Positions 1 to 9,027 of a stretch of 64,000 bases of DNA are shown piece after piece. The position numbers and the translations under genes were made by a program. The notes beneath the pieces were generated by a model, which worked only from the letters and a program-made list of their open reading frames with translations, had not been told where the DNA came from and searched no databases. Numbering within the stretch: position 1 is the stretch's first letter; every line of letters starts with the position of its first letter. The stretch comes from Selaginella moellendorffii (lineage: Eukaryota; Plantae; Lycopodiophyta), in assembly GCF_000143415.4 (NCBI RefSeq), contig NW_003314262.1, forward strand, positions 2,301,046 through 2,365,045, given 5' to 3'.

Positions 1-1014
1 TGGCGTGGCTGTCGGCTTCGCAGAGCTCCGGCGTTCCAGTGATCTTCGTGAATATCCAGAGCGAGCCAATGTTTCTACAGGTATGCCAGTTCCTTCTCCT
101 TTTTCTCTATCGTTTCAAAGCTGATCGCAAGATCTCTTGTATCAGTCCTCAACTTCGAAATACTTTGGATCGAGCAATCCCGAGGACCCTCTGGGGATGG
201 TAAACTCGGGAATGTATCCATTGCATGAACTAGAAGGTACCGAAATTAATGTAACTCGGGCAATCAGGCTTTGGTACTCTCCACCGGAAGGAGAAATCGC
301 GATCACACTCCAGCCCACCGATGGCGAAGCTCGGCTCGGTGTCAATATCACTTGCACAGAAGAGGTGCGTAGAAGTGATCTCCAACCGCGCTAAAGTTGA
401 ACTTTTTCTCGCAGGGATTTTGCTATGTTTCATCGGTAGACATAGGAACAGCGGCCGATCGAGCGGGGATACGAAAGATCTACGACGCGGCATGCTCAGC
501 AAACAAGCTTTTGGTCGTCTCCCGCGTTGCTGGCGAGAAGGTGACGCCGTGGTTCGTCTCGGCCTCGGGAGCCATCCGGTGCTTCAATGCTCACTCCATC
601 AGCGAGAAGATCTCATCTCACAGGCAAGCTCGCGAGCCGATCGACTTCTACTTCATGGTCTGGACCGGCGGGACAAACGTGAAGCCAGCGTCGCCATCTC
701 GCGCTCGCGCTCGCGATCGCCCTCGTCCCGCCGAGAACCTGGACCGATCCTCGAGCTCGCTGGAGGGACAGATGGTGAGCGTGACGAGCTCCAGGTACTC
801 GCTCTCGAGCGAGAGCGATGGAAAGATGGATTCGTTCGGCAGTGGAGAGAAGATCGATGGAAGCTTGGAGCTGGCAATCTCTGACGATCTCGCAGTGGAG
901 AGAACTTCTTCCACCAGGAGCTTCAACTTCCAGGACGATGTCCCATCACTTGGGAAGAACAAGGGCGACAAACTCACGACGAACGAGGAATTCACATTCA
1001 ACGCCACAGGATGA
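1..1014 (+). CDS. 3' part of a conserved uncharacterised plant protein (exons <1-80, 146-364, 415-1014)
   Basis: GT-AG introns at 81-145 and 365-414 join in frame: AWLSASQSSGVPVIFVNIQ...RAIRLWYSPPEG...TEE|GFCYVSSV...KVTPWFVSASGAIRCFNAHSISEKISSHR, stop TGA at 1012-1014. Resembles a conserved land-plant family of unknown function (from memory). Confidence 0.8.
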
Positions 1015-1181
1015 GGTGTACGCTTTGTAACATAGAATATTCTAATGGGCGGTAACGGTATATTCCCCCGCGCGGTGACGTCGCGCCCGTGATCCAGTAC
1101 TGTGGCTGGATCGTGTGGCGGTGGCGTCCTCTAGGTCAAACGCGTTGGGAGGGTTGTTCTAGGGTTTACGCACTCTCGGCG

Positions 1182-2326
1182 ATGGCGGAGCATCTCGCCT
1201 CCATCTTCGGCACAGAGAAGGATCGCGTTAACTGCCCCTTCTATTTCAAGATCGGCGCTTGCCGCCATGGCGACCGCTGCTCCAGGCTCCACAACAAGCC
1301 CACAATCAGCCCCACGCTGCTGCTCTCGAATATGTACCAGAGGCCGGATATGGCGACGCCGGGGATGGATCTGAATGGGCAGACGATGGATCAGAAGAAA
1401 ATCCAGGAGCATTTTGAGGTACTGGAGTGGTTTCTTGAGATTTGATTTGTGGGTCTCAATTTTTTCTTTTTTCGCTTGGCAGGACTTTTACGAGGATATG
1501 TTTGAGGAGCTCAGCAAGTATGGGGAGATTGAAAGCCTCAATGTGTGCGACAATCTTGCAGACCATATGGTAAGCCTTGTGTTTCTCATTTTTATTCTGA
1601 TGCTTTGTTTTTTTGTTTTTTGTTTTTTTTCGTTGTTTTCTTCGTTGCTTCCTTTCAGGTTGGAAATGTGTATGTGCAATTTAGGGAGGAGGAAGAAGCT
1701 GCTGCGGCTCTGAAGGCACTATCAGGACGTTTCTATGCAGGTTTGCGTGTTCCTCTTCTCTCCTGTTTTTTCAAAAATATTTTTCTTTGCAGGTCGACCC
1801 ATCATCGTTGATTTTTCGCCTGTGACCGATTTTCGAGAAGCTACATGTCGTCAGTACGAAGAAAACACTTGTAACCGTGGAGGCTACTGCAACTTCATGC
1901 ACTTGCGACGCATTGGAAGGTCTGTTCATCCAAAAACTGTTTTTTATTTTCTGACTCCTGTTCTTGTGACATTGTCTTTGCTGCAGAGAGTTACGGAGGC
2001 GGCTGTTTGGAGGCTACAGAAGACGAGGAGGACGCAGCAGAAGCCGCAGCATGAGTCCTCGCAGGCAAGACGACCGTCGCCACTACGACGATCGGCGACG
2101 GAGGTACGATGATCGAGGAGGTAACTACGATCATCACAGCAGGTACGATCGACCGCGGAGGCGAGATGGCAGCCGCAGCCGCAGTCCTCGATCGCGCGGC
2201 GGCCGGGAAGGCAGCGTGGAGAGGCGAGCCAGGATCGAGCAATGGAACAGGGAGCGAGAGGAGCACGGCGGAGGAGGCGCTGGCGGCGAAGCGAATGGAA
2301 ACCAGCTTCCATACGGCGCCGAGTGA
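1182..2326 (+). CDS. U2AF35: U2 snRNP auxiliary factor small subunit (U2AF35), 5 coding exons
   Basis: [37 protein letters not shown] (CCCH1); UHM ([29 protein letters not shown]|VGNVYVQF); CCCH2 ([19 protein letters not shown]); RS/RD-rich tail with [13 protein letters not shown]. Confidence 0.98.
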
Positions 2327-3139
2327 ATCGCAACGCTCTCTGGTTGGTTTCTCTTGAAAATCCTTCCTTTCCTTCATGCAGGTGGCATCAAACATAGCTC
2401 ACAGATCTCCACTCTGTGCAGGTGTGCAGGGCACCACCTTGATGTGCAAAACTTTTGGATTTTTTGCTTGCTTGGTCTTGCCTGTTCTTCCCTCTCTCCC
2501 GGTTTTTTCTTTGTTCTTCCGGGCTTTTTCCATTCCCGAGCAGGCCTTTTTTTTGCTTTCTTCTACTTGGTCCCTGCATTGCTGCTTGCCTTTGCATTCT
2601 CTCCAGGTTGATACTAACATCACAGGAGTTTTTTTTATAGCTGCTGCCTGTCTCTCAGGTATCCTTTTTTTTGTGGTCTTCCTCGTTTTTTTTTCCCTCG
2701 TCTCCAAAGTTTTCTTGAAGCGTGCAGGTTTTTCAGGGTGATACTCTCATGTGTAAAAAATGTGTAGGTGAGAGAGAGCATTTGGAGCTAATGCGGTTTT
2801 CGTGTATACAGGTTGATTGGTTTCACGCAGAAAGGCGTCGTGAAGAACAAGCACGAGAAAAAAAAAAGAGCTGTGCGGGCTGCTTATGTAAAACAAAACT
2901 ATGGTTTGATTAATAGGAACGCTAATACCGTGGTTGGTATATTTGATTCTTCGTATATTCTGTCTCGTGGCATTTTCCGGCTGTGGGACGTTATGTTCTT
3001 GGAATATGCCTGCTGTGAAGCGTGCAAGTCATTAGGAGAGCTATGGACGAATGGCTGTGCGAGTTTTCAAGGAGGGCAGGCTTTAGGTCTTTTTGGATGA
3101 TTTTACAATACTCGCGGTCCCAATCGTCCGGGCTCGCGG

Positions 3140-3147
3140 GCGGGAAA
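3140..3147 (-). promoter_or_regulatory. E2F consensus TTTCCCGC upstream of the first multi-RRM-like gene
   Basis: GCGGGAAA on the + strand, about 120 bp upstream of ATG 3268. An 8-mer match can arise by chance. Confidence 0.35.
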
Positions 3148-3267
3148 GAGAGGTATCTTGGAATGTTTGCTCGCGGCGACGAAAATCTTCGAGAATCCAC
3201 TGCGATCGCGCGATCGAGGGGATCGAGGTAGTTCTTGCGCGATCGAGGTATCGAGGTACAGATTTTC

Positions 3268-5709
3268 ATGCTCGCATTCCAGAAGAGGCTGGAGAGGCTT
3301 GCGGCGGGCACAGATCCTCGCGAGCCGGATGCTTTGGCAGCGGAAGCGCCGATATTTCGAGAGGAGGAGCGATCTTACTGTCTCATCGTGCGCGGGATCT
3401 CCAAGAAGGACACTTGCCCCGAAGATTTGCAGCGGCTCGCCGACGGCATTCTCCGGGAGAGCTTTCGATTCTTCCCGCCCTGTGACGAATTCGTGGAGAA
3501 GGTTTTCTACTGCTTGCATGTCGATGGAGACATGGGCATCCTGGTGTTCTCCTCGGAGCTCATGGCGGAGCTTCTCTTCTTCGCGTGCTGCGACGAGACG
3601 ATCTCGCCTTTCTCCATCGCCGGCAAGAGGTTCTCGCTGGAGAGGATCTACGATCGGTCAGGAGAGCAGTGCCGAATGATCGAGGATTTCCTGGCGGAAA
3701 CAGCAGCGGCAGGGCCAGTCCCAGCGTCCAAGTTCGTTTTTCTAGCCGGAGTTCCACGGAAATGGGAGGACGCGGACAAGCTCGAAAGATACTTCAATGG
3801 GTTCTTTCCATTCAAGGTTGTGACATCTGTCCGGGTCTTTCCAGGGGCCACGTATCTCGAGTGTACGTCCAAGGCAGCCATTGACAGGCTCTTCTTTCGG
3901 TGCGAGCAAGACGCGAGGATCGTGACGGACATTGGCCAGGAGGTTGTGATTTGCTCCGGGAAGATTTTGCCGCTGTGGAGAGTGGTCCCAGATCGGAGGA
4001 GCCAGTCGAGTGACGCATCAGCAGAAGAGCAAGAGGTTGTTTTCGAAGAGAAGAGGAAAACTTTGGACGATGCTTGCGCTACGGAGACAGTGACGAGCAC
4101 TCCGGCGGGGAAGCGGCATGAAGTTGCAATCTCAACTAGCGAAAAGGTGACAGTGCAACTCAAGGATCTGGAAAAACAAGTTGACAAGGCAGGAGCTCCA
4201 GCGGCAAGGACGTCAACTCCTCAAGTTGAGCAGCAAGGCGAAGCTTTGCGTTCGCCCGAGGAGATTATCCGAAACGTGCTCATCGATGACTCCATGATGG
4301 AATGCGGAACTCCATCTCCCCGAGCGACAGGTCCGAGCTGCCGTCAAGTAGTTTGGGAGCCGCCAACGCACAGTGGCCGCCGGGTCGTGTGGGAAGAAGC
4401 AGTTCCGCCAGAAATGCAAAGACAGAGACGAGAATTCAGGCTCAGGCAATGCGGGCTAGTAATCGGAGGACTTACCAGGGAGAAGTTCGACTTGGAGCGA
4501 GTGGCATACCATTTCTCGAGCTTGCTTCGAAAGTTCCAGCTCCACAGCGATGCAGAACCGGAGGTTTCATGGAGATCTCCGAAAGAGGCGGTAGTCGCCT
4601 TTGCTTCCGAGAACACCGTGGATCGCCTTCTGGACAACTACATCCAGTTCCCGGAGGAGTTTTACTTGAACAACTCGAGGTTCTGGTTGTCTCGACCGGA
4701 AGGCTACCATCGACCAGGCGCGATTTACAGAGAAGGCAACCTGACAACCGATGGCAAAGCCGTCACCTTCGACGGAGTAGGCGTCCACTTGCACCGCGAG
4801 CAACTCAAAGGAGCTCTCGTGGAGGCCGTGGAGAAGATGCTCCTTAAACACGGGGTGGTGGAGAAAGGCAAGCCTCTCTTCAAGAGCTTCACGAACTTCG
4901 AGACCAAGGCTGTGGCGGTACTGGACGAGGTGGTGGCCAACGCTCTCGTCTCAGCCTGCGTCGGCTTGACAGTGGCTCGGCGGCCTCTCTCCATCTACAC
5001 TTCCAAAGACCAGGTGACTTTGTTCGTGGCCGAGCTCCCGGAGGCCGTCGGCAACACTCTCGACAAGCTCGGGCAGCTGCTCGCGTCGGGGCTGGCGAAG
5101 ATGAGCGTCGACCACCGCAGCGCCATCGAGCGGATCGAGTGGTCGGGTCGCAGCGTGGCCAGGGTGACACTGCGCAGCGAGGCCGCCGCGGACGCGCTCA
5201 TGAGCGCCTACGTCAACTTCACGCTCGACTTCTGCGTGTCGGACATGCCGCTGGTGATCTTCCGCCACGAGCGCTACGTCCGGCCTGGAGCAACTTACAG
5301 GAAGAGGGACAGGACGATCGATCTAGATCTTCCGCCGGGCTGGGGCGATGATCATCAGCAACCAGAGCTGTGGCAAGTTCACGTCGCGGGGATTTTCCCG
5401 GCGCTGGATCCCATCCCGCTCATGGGGGCCGTGAACGAGCTGCTGGAGACGGCGCTGGCGAAGCATGGCATCCTGGAGCGGGGCGAGAGGCCTTTCAAGC
5501 GGTTCTACTGGCAGAAGGGGAGCGAACTTGCGAGCTTGATCGTGGAGGAGGACGTCGCCGCCAAGCTGGTGGACGTCAAAGGATTGACGCTGGCCGGGCA
5601 CCACATTTCCTTCTATGATGCCACGGTTTTTCGCGATGGCCACCAGGAAGGAGAAGAAGGATCTCCTCGTAGAACTGGAGGCTGGATCGAAGAAGAGGAA
5701 GAAAACTGA
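3268..5709 (+). CDS. Uncharacterised intronless protein (~813 aa) with six degenerate RRM-like modules; paralog 1
   Basis: Open frame of 2.4 kb, first ATG at 3268; an upstream exon spliced to the AG at 3281-3282 cannot be excluded. RNP2-like module starts LIVRGI, VFLAGVP, LVIGGL, VTFDGV, LFVAELP, VHVAGI. Clear paralog at 6374-8908. Confidence 0.85.
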   Translation: MLAFQKRLERLAAGTDPREPDALAAEAPIFREEERSYCLIVRGISKKDTCPEDLQRLADGILRESFRFFPPCDEFVEKVFYCLHVDGDMGILVFSSELMAELLFFACCDETISPFSIAGKRFSLERIYDRSGEQCRMIEDFLAETAAAGPVPASKFVFLAGVPRKWEDADKLERYFNGFFPFKVVTSVRVFPGATYLECTSKAAIDRLFFRCEQDARIVTDIGQEVVICSGKILPLWRVVPDRRSQSSDASAEEQEVVFEEKRKTLDDACATETVTSTPAGKRHEVAISTSEKVTVQLKDLEKQVDKAGAPAARTSTPQVEQQGEALRSPEEIIRNVLIDDSMMECGTPSPRATGPSCRQVVWEPPTHSGRRVVWEEAVPPEMQRQRREFRLRQCGLVIGGLTREKFDLERVAYHFSSLLRKFQLHSDAEPEVSWRSPKEAVVAFASENTVDRLLDNYIQFPEEFYLNNSRFWLSRPEGYHRPGAIYREGNLTTDGKAVTFDGVGVHLHREQLKGALVEAVEKMLLKHGVVEKGKPLFKSFTNFETKAVAVLDEVVANALVSACVGLTVARRPLSIYTSKDQVTLFVAELPEAVGNTLDKLGQLLASGLAKMSVDHRSAIERIEWSGRSVARVTLRSEAAADALMSAYVNFTLDFCVSDMPLVIFRHERYVRPGATYRKRDRTIDLDLPPGWGDDHQQPELWQVHVAGIFPALDPIPLMGAVNELLETALAKHGILERGERPFKRFYWQKGSELASLIVEEDVAAKLVDVKGLTLAGHHISFYDATVFRDGHQEGEEGSPRRTGGWIEEEEEN

Positions 5710-5713
5710 AAGC

Positions 5714-5845
5714 GAATATCCTACCCAAACGCAGGGAATATTCTGCTGCTTGAGCAGGGAAAGAATATTCTATTAGGTCTAAGGATATTCCGCGGCCGGA
5801 CTATGTCAAGAGAGGATATTCTGTCTAAAACTAAGGGGGATATGC
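5714..5845. promoter_or_regulatory. Cluster of six GNATATNC (P1BS/PHR1-type) motifs
   Basis: GAATATCC 5714, GAATATTC 5736, GAATATTC 5763, GGATATTC 5783, GGATATTC 5814, GGATATGC 5838. Confidence 0.6.
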
Positions 5846-6373
5846 CGTTGCCGTAGATGTCTGCATCACCAAGATTCCTTCCCGGCTATGCTATGGAGAA
5901 AGATGGCACGGTATAGCTGTGAGGGCTTCCCATTTTGCGTGTCGTTAGTTTTACATTGAAATGCCGCTAGGTACCACGGACGCGCCGCGCCAGCGACAAC
6001 CGAATGGCGGAGGTTTCTTCTTCCCGTCCAAGAATGCCGCCGCTGCCGCCTAGCGTCCGCCGCGAGCGGCGATTCCAGGCGCGGCGGATCAGCAGCGCCG
6101 GGCCTCCAGGTGAAAATCCCCGCCGGGAATCGGCGTTCTTGCGTTCTTTCTCTCACGATCGCGATCGGGGAGTGGCAGTTCTTGGAGCGGCGGATGGACA
6201 TCGGCGCCCGGCGGCAGTGCTTGCGCGATCGTCGTAATCCGGGGAGAGGGCGAAATATTTCCGATCGTCAAGGTAACTTGGTCTTCCAGTTCCTAGCTAG
6301 AACCAAACGCTTGGAAAGCCGGCGCTGATTCCGAAAGATTCACAGATTTCCAAGCGCAGGCCCGCCAGCGGCG

Positions 6374-8908
6374 ATGCCTGATTTGCCCAAGGCGGTAGCA
6401 GCCAGATTTTTCGAGCCGGCGGCGACAGCTCAAGCACCAGATTTTTTCCCCGGGCCAGCGATCAAGGAGCGCTCCTACTCTCTCGTGGTGCGCGGGCTGT
6501 CAAAGAAGCACACTTGCCCCGAGGCTTTGCAGGAGCTCGCCGACGACATTCTTCGCAAGCGCTTCCGGTTCTTCCCGCCCTGTGACGATTTTGTGGAGAA
6601 GGTGTTCTACTGTTTGCATGTCGAGGGCGACATGGCCATCCTGGTGTTCTACACGGAGCTCATGGCCGAGCTGCTCTTCCAGGTCTGTCGCGACGAGACG
6701 AGCTCGCCTTTCTCCATCGCCGGGAAGAGGTTTGCGCTGGAAAGGCTCTACACAGCGAACAGGCAGTTTGAGGGGCATGGAAACAACGTGGTAAACGCAG
6801 TACGATCTCTGGAGGCGTCGTCAAAGTTTGTGTACCTCAGTGGTCTTCCTCCAAGTTGGGAGGACGGGGACAAGCTAGAAGCCCACTTTAGTGGGGTCTT
6901 GAACAGAGACTTGACATCAAAGGTGGTGGGTTCTGTCCACGTTTTCCCAGCGGCAGCGTATGTCGAATTCACAGACAGAGCAGCAGTTGAGAAGCTTTTC
7001 TACAGTTGCAAGCTGGATGGAAGCATCACGTCAGACATCGATCAGAACTTGGTGATCTGCTGTGGTGTCAGGACTCTACCACTGTCGCAAGAGCCTTTCC
7101 AAGTTTCCGAGGAGAGTGATGTCTCGCCAGCAAGTCAACAATGCCGCCAGAGAACTGCGAGAAACCTTGAAGAGCGAGGCTGGGAGAAAACAGGAAATGA
7201 GAATAGCTTTGAACAACAAATCCGGGAGGAAACAGAGAAGCTGAGTAGCGTTCAACAGCAGGAAAGCCCAGGCGGTTTGAGATCAAAGAACACAAAGGTG
7301 CGAGACTGTCCATCGATGCAGAGTGAGAGTAGCCTTGAACAACAGGGAAGACAGAAGGGGAGTAACCTTGAGCAACAAAACCGGGAGGAACCAGATAAGC
7401 TGAGTAGCGTTCAACAACAGGAAAGCCCAACGAAGACAAAGAACACAAAGGTGCGAGACCGTCCATCGACGGAGAAGCAGCGTTCCGTGCGATTCGATTT
7501 AGGACATGCAGCACAAGGCAAACAGCAAGATAGAGTTCCGGAGGCAAGACCCTTAGCTCGTGTTACATCCAACATTGACCGCCAAGTTCAACACATGCAA
7601 GGACATTCTGGGGCTGGACAAAGACAAGTGGCTGAGAGGGGCCTTCACCAAGTGTCCATCATGCTTGGGGGGTTCCAAAGAGAAACGTTCGACTCTGAAC
7701 AGTTGAAGAAGCTGCTCGTCGGTCTCTTTCGAAAGCACAAGAATTATACAAGTGAAGCGGACCTGAAATTCCAGGTGAAGTGGGATGCTGCAGCGGATGG
7801 AGGGCGGGTAATATTCTCTTCCGAGGATATGGCCAACCGTCTCATGGAAATTTATGTCCGGGCTACAGAAGAGTTCTCCTTGGATGACTTGAAGTTCTCG
7901 TTGTTTCGCCCAGAAGGTTACCAGCGACCTCGTGCGGCGTACAAGACCGGTGCATCATCAAGCATCTACAAAGTGCTGCAATTCGACGGGTGTCGAGTTT
8001 GCCCGGTTGCCGAGAGACAGTTCAGATGTGCACTGGCCGAGGCCCTGGCGACGGTGCTTTTGAGAACCAGCGTGCTGGAAGAAGGCAAGCCTCCTTTCAG
8101 AGACGTGCTTTTCAGGGAGGGCTGCTGCTTTGCAATACTCGAAGAGCAGGCTGCGAGCGCTCTGATGAGCAGCAAGGACAGGTTGTTTGTGGCTGGCCGG
8201 GTCCTGAGGCCATTCCAGCCTCACGCGCAGACAACTCTTTTCATCGTCAACTTGCCGACTGAAACTTCCCGTTATGATCCTACCAAGCTCAGGATGCTGC
8301 TGCGGAAGGGGATGAAGAAGTTGCAACCAGAAAAAAGCGTGGCAGATTGCATCACGAGGATAAGCTGGGTGGGGCAAGAGCCCAAGGCACTAGTCTTTCT
8401 TCAATCGGATGCTGATGCGGATGCACTAATGTCCGCTTATATCAGATTCACGCGAGAATTCTGCCACAAGGAGCTGCCCCTGACACTACACAGGCCTCCC
8501 ACTTACATTTGGCCGGGAGCAGTCTATAGGCCCAAGAATTTCATGTCGGGCACCAGCACCTGCGTTTTGAACTTCACTGGATTCCCGCTGACGCTGGATT
8601 CGAGGGCCCTATCGGGAGCAGTGTGCGAACTCGTGGTTAGAGCGGTTCTTGGCGAAGGCGTGCTGGAGGAATTCCAAAGGGCTGTGAAGAAGTTTTTCTG
8701 GAAAAATCGGACCCCCGTCGCCGAAATCACGGTTGACGAGCTTGTTGCGGAAAAGCTGGTGGCAGCCAAAGGATTGGTTCTGGCCGAGTCTAATGTGAGG
8801 TTCTACAGACGTAAAGCACCATCGCTGGGGATCCAAGTCCAGGAACTGGCACGAACAGGAACAGGGGGGTGGATCGAAGAGGAGGAGGAAGAAGGCGAAG
8901 TGAGGTGA
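6374..8908 (+). CDS. Uncharacterised intronless protein (844 aa) with six degenerate RRM-like modules; paralog 2
   Basis: Open frame of 2.5 kb, colinear with 3268-5709. Shares FRFFPPCDxFVEKVFYCLHV, FRPEGYxRP, ADALMSAY, KGLxLA and the C-terminal GGWIEEEEE. Confidence 0.88.
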   Translation: MPDLPKAVAARFFEPAATAQAPDFFPGPAIKERSYSLVVRGLSKKHTCPEALQELADDILRKRFRFFPPCDDFVEKVFYCLHVEGDMAILVFYTELMAELLFQVCRDETSSPFSIAGKRFALERLYTANRQFEGHGNNVVNAVRSLEASSKFVYLSGLPPSWEDGDKLEAHFSGVLNRDLTSKVVGSVHVFPAAAYVEFTDRAAVEKLFYSCKLDGSITSDIDQNLVICCGVRTLPLSQEPFQVSEESDVSPASQQCRQRTARNLEERGWEKTGNENSFEQQIREETEKLSSVQQQESPGGLRSKNTKVRDCPSMQSESSLEQQGRQKGSNLEQQNREEPDKLSSVQQQESPTKTKNTKVRDRPSTEKQRSVRFDLGHAAQGKQQDRVPEARPLARVTSNIDRQVQHMQGHSGAGQRQVAERGLHQVSIMLGGFQRETFDSEQLKKLLVGLFRKHKNYTSEADLKFQVKWDAAADGGRVIFSSEDMANRLMEIYVRATEEFSLDDLKFSLFRPEGYQRPRAAYKTGASSSIYKVLQFDGCRVCPVAERQFRCALAEALATVLLRTSVLEEGKPPFRDVLFREGCCFAILEEQAASALMSSKDRLFVAGRVLRPFQPHAQTTLFIVNLPTETSRYDPTKLRMLLRKGMKKLQPEKSVADCITRISWVGQEPKALVFLQSDADADALMSAYIRFTREFCHKELPLTLHRPPTYIWPGAVYRPKNFMSGTSTCVLNFTGFPLTLDSRALSGAVCELVVRAVLGEGVLEEFQRAVKKFFWKNRTPVAEITVDELVAEKLVAAKGLVLAESNVRFYRRKAPSLGIQVQELARTGTGGWIEEEEEEGEVR
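7201..7471 (+). repeat. Internal direct duplication (~115 bp x2) in the linker of paralog 2
   Basis: 7201-7318 vs 7360-7471: gaacaacaaatccgggaggaaacagagaagctgagtagcgttcaacagcaggaaagccca...aagaacacaaaggtgcgagac repeats with few substitutions. Confidence 0.9.
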
Positions 8909-9027
8909 AGGAATGCCCGTTTCGAAAAGACCGAGATGAAGAACTCGTACTCGACGTTTTTGCCACACATTTACACTTACAAGCTCAGCCGTGGAGCTCA
9001 ACCAGCTCGACAAAGTTTTTTCGCCTC

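Noticed and set aside
5714-5845. Regularly spaced short repeats as a CRISPR-like array
   Set aside because: Eukaryotic context, only 8-bp degenerate motifs and no cas genes; better explained as TF-binding sites.
6004-6237. 77-aa Arg-rich ORF upstream of paralog 2 as a separate gene or first exon
   Set aside because: The splice combination I tested did not join it in frame to 6374. It may be a uORF or 5' UTR but cannot be supported without transcripts.
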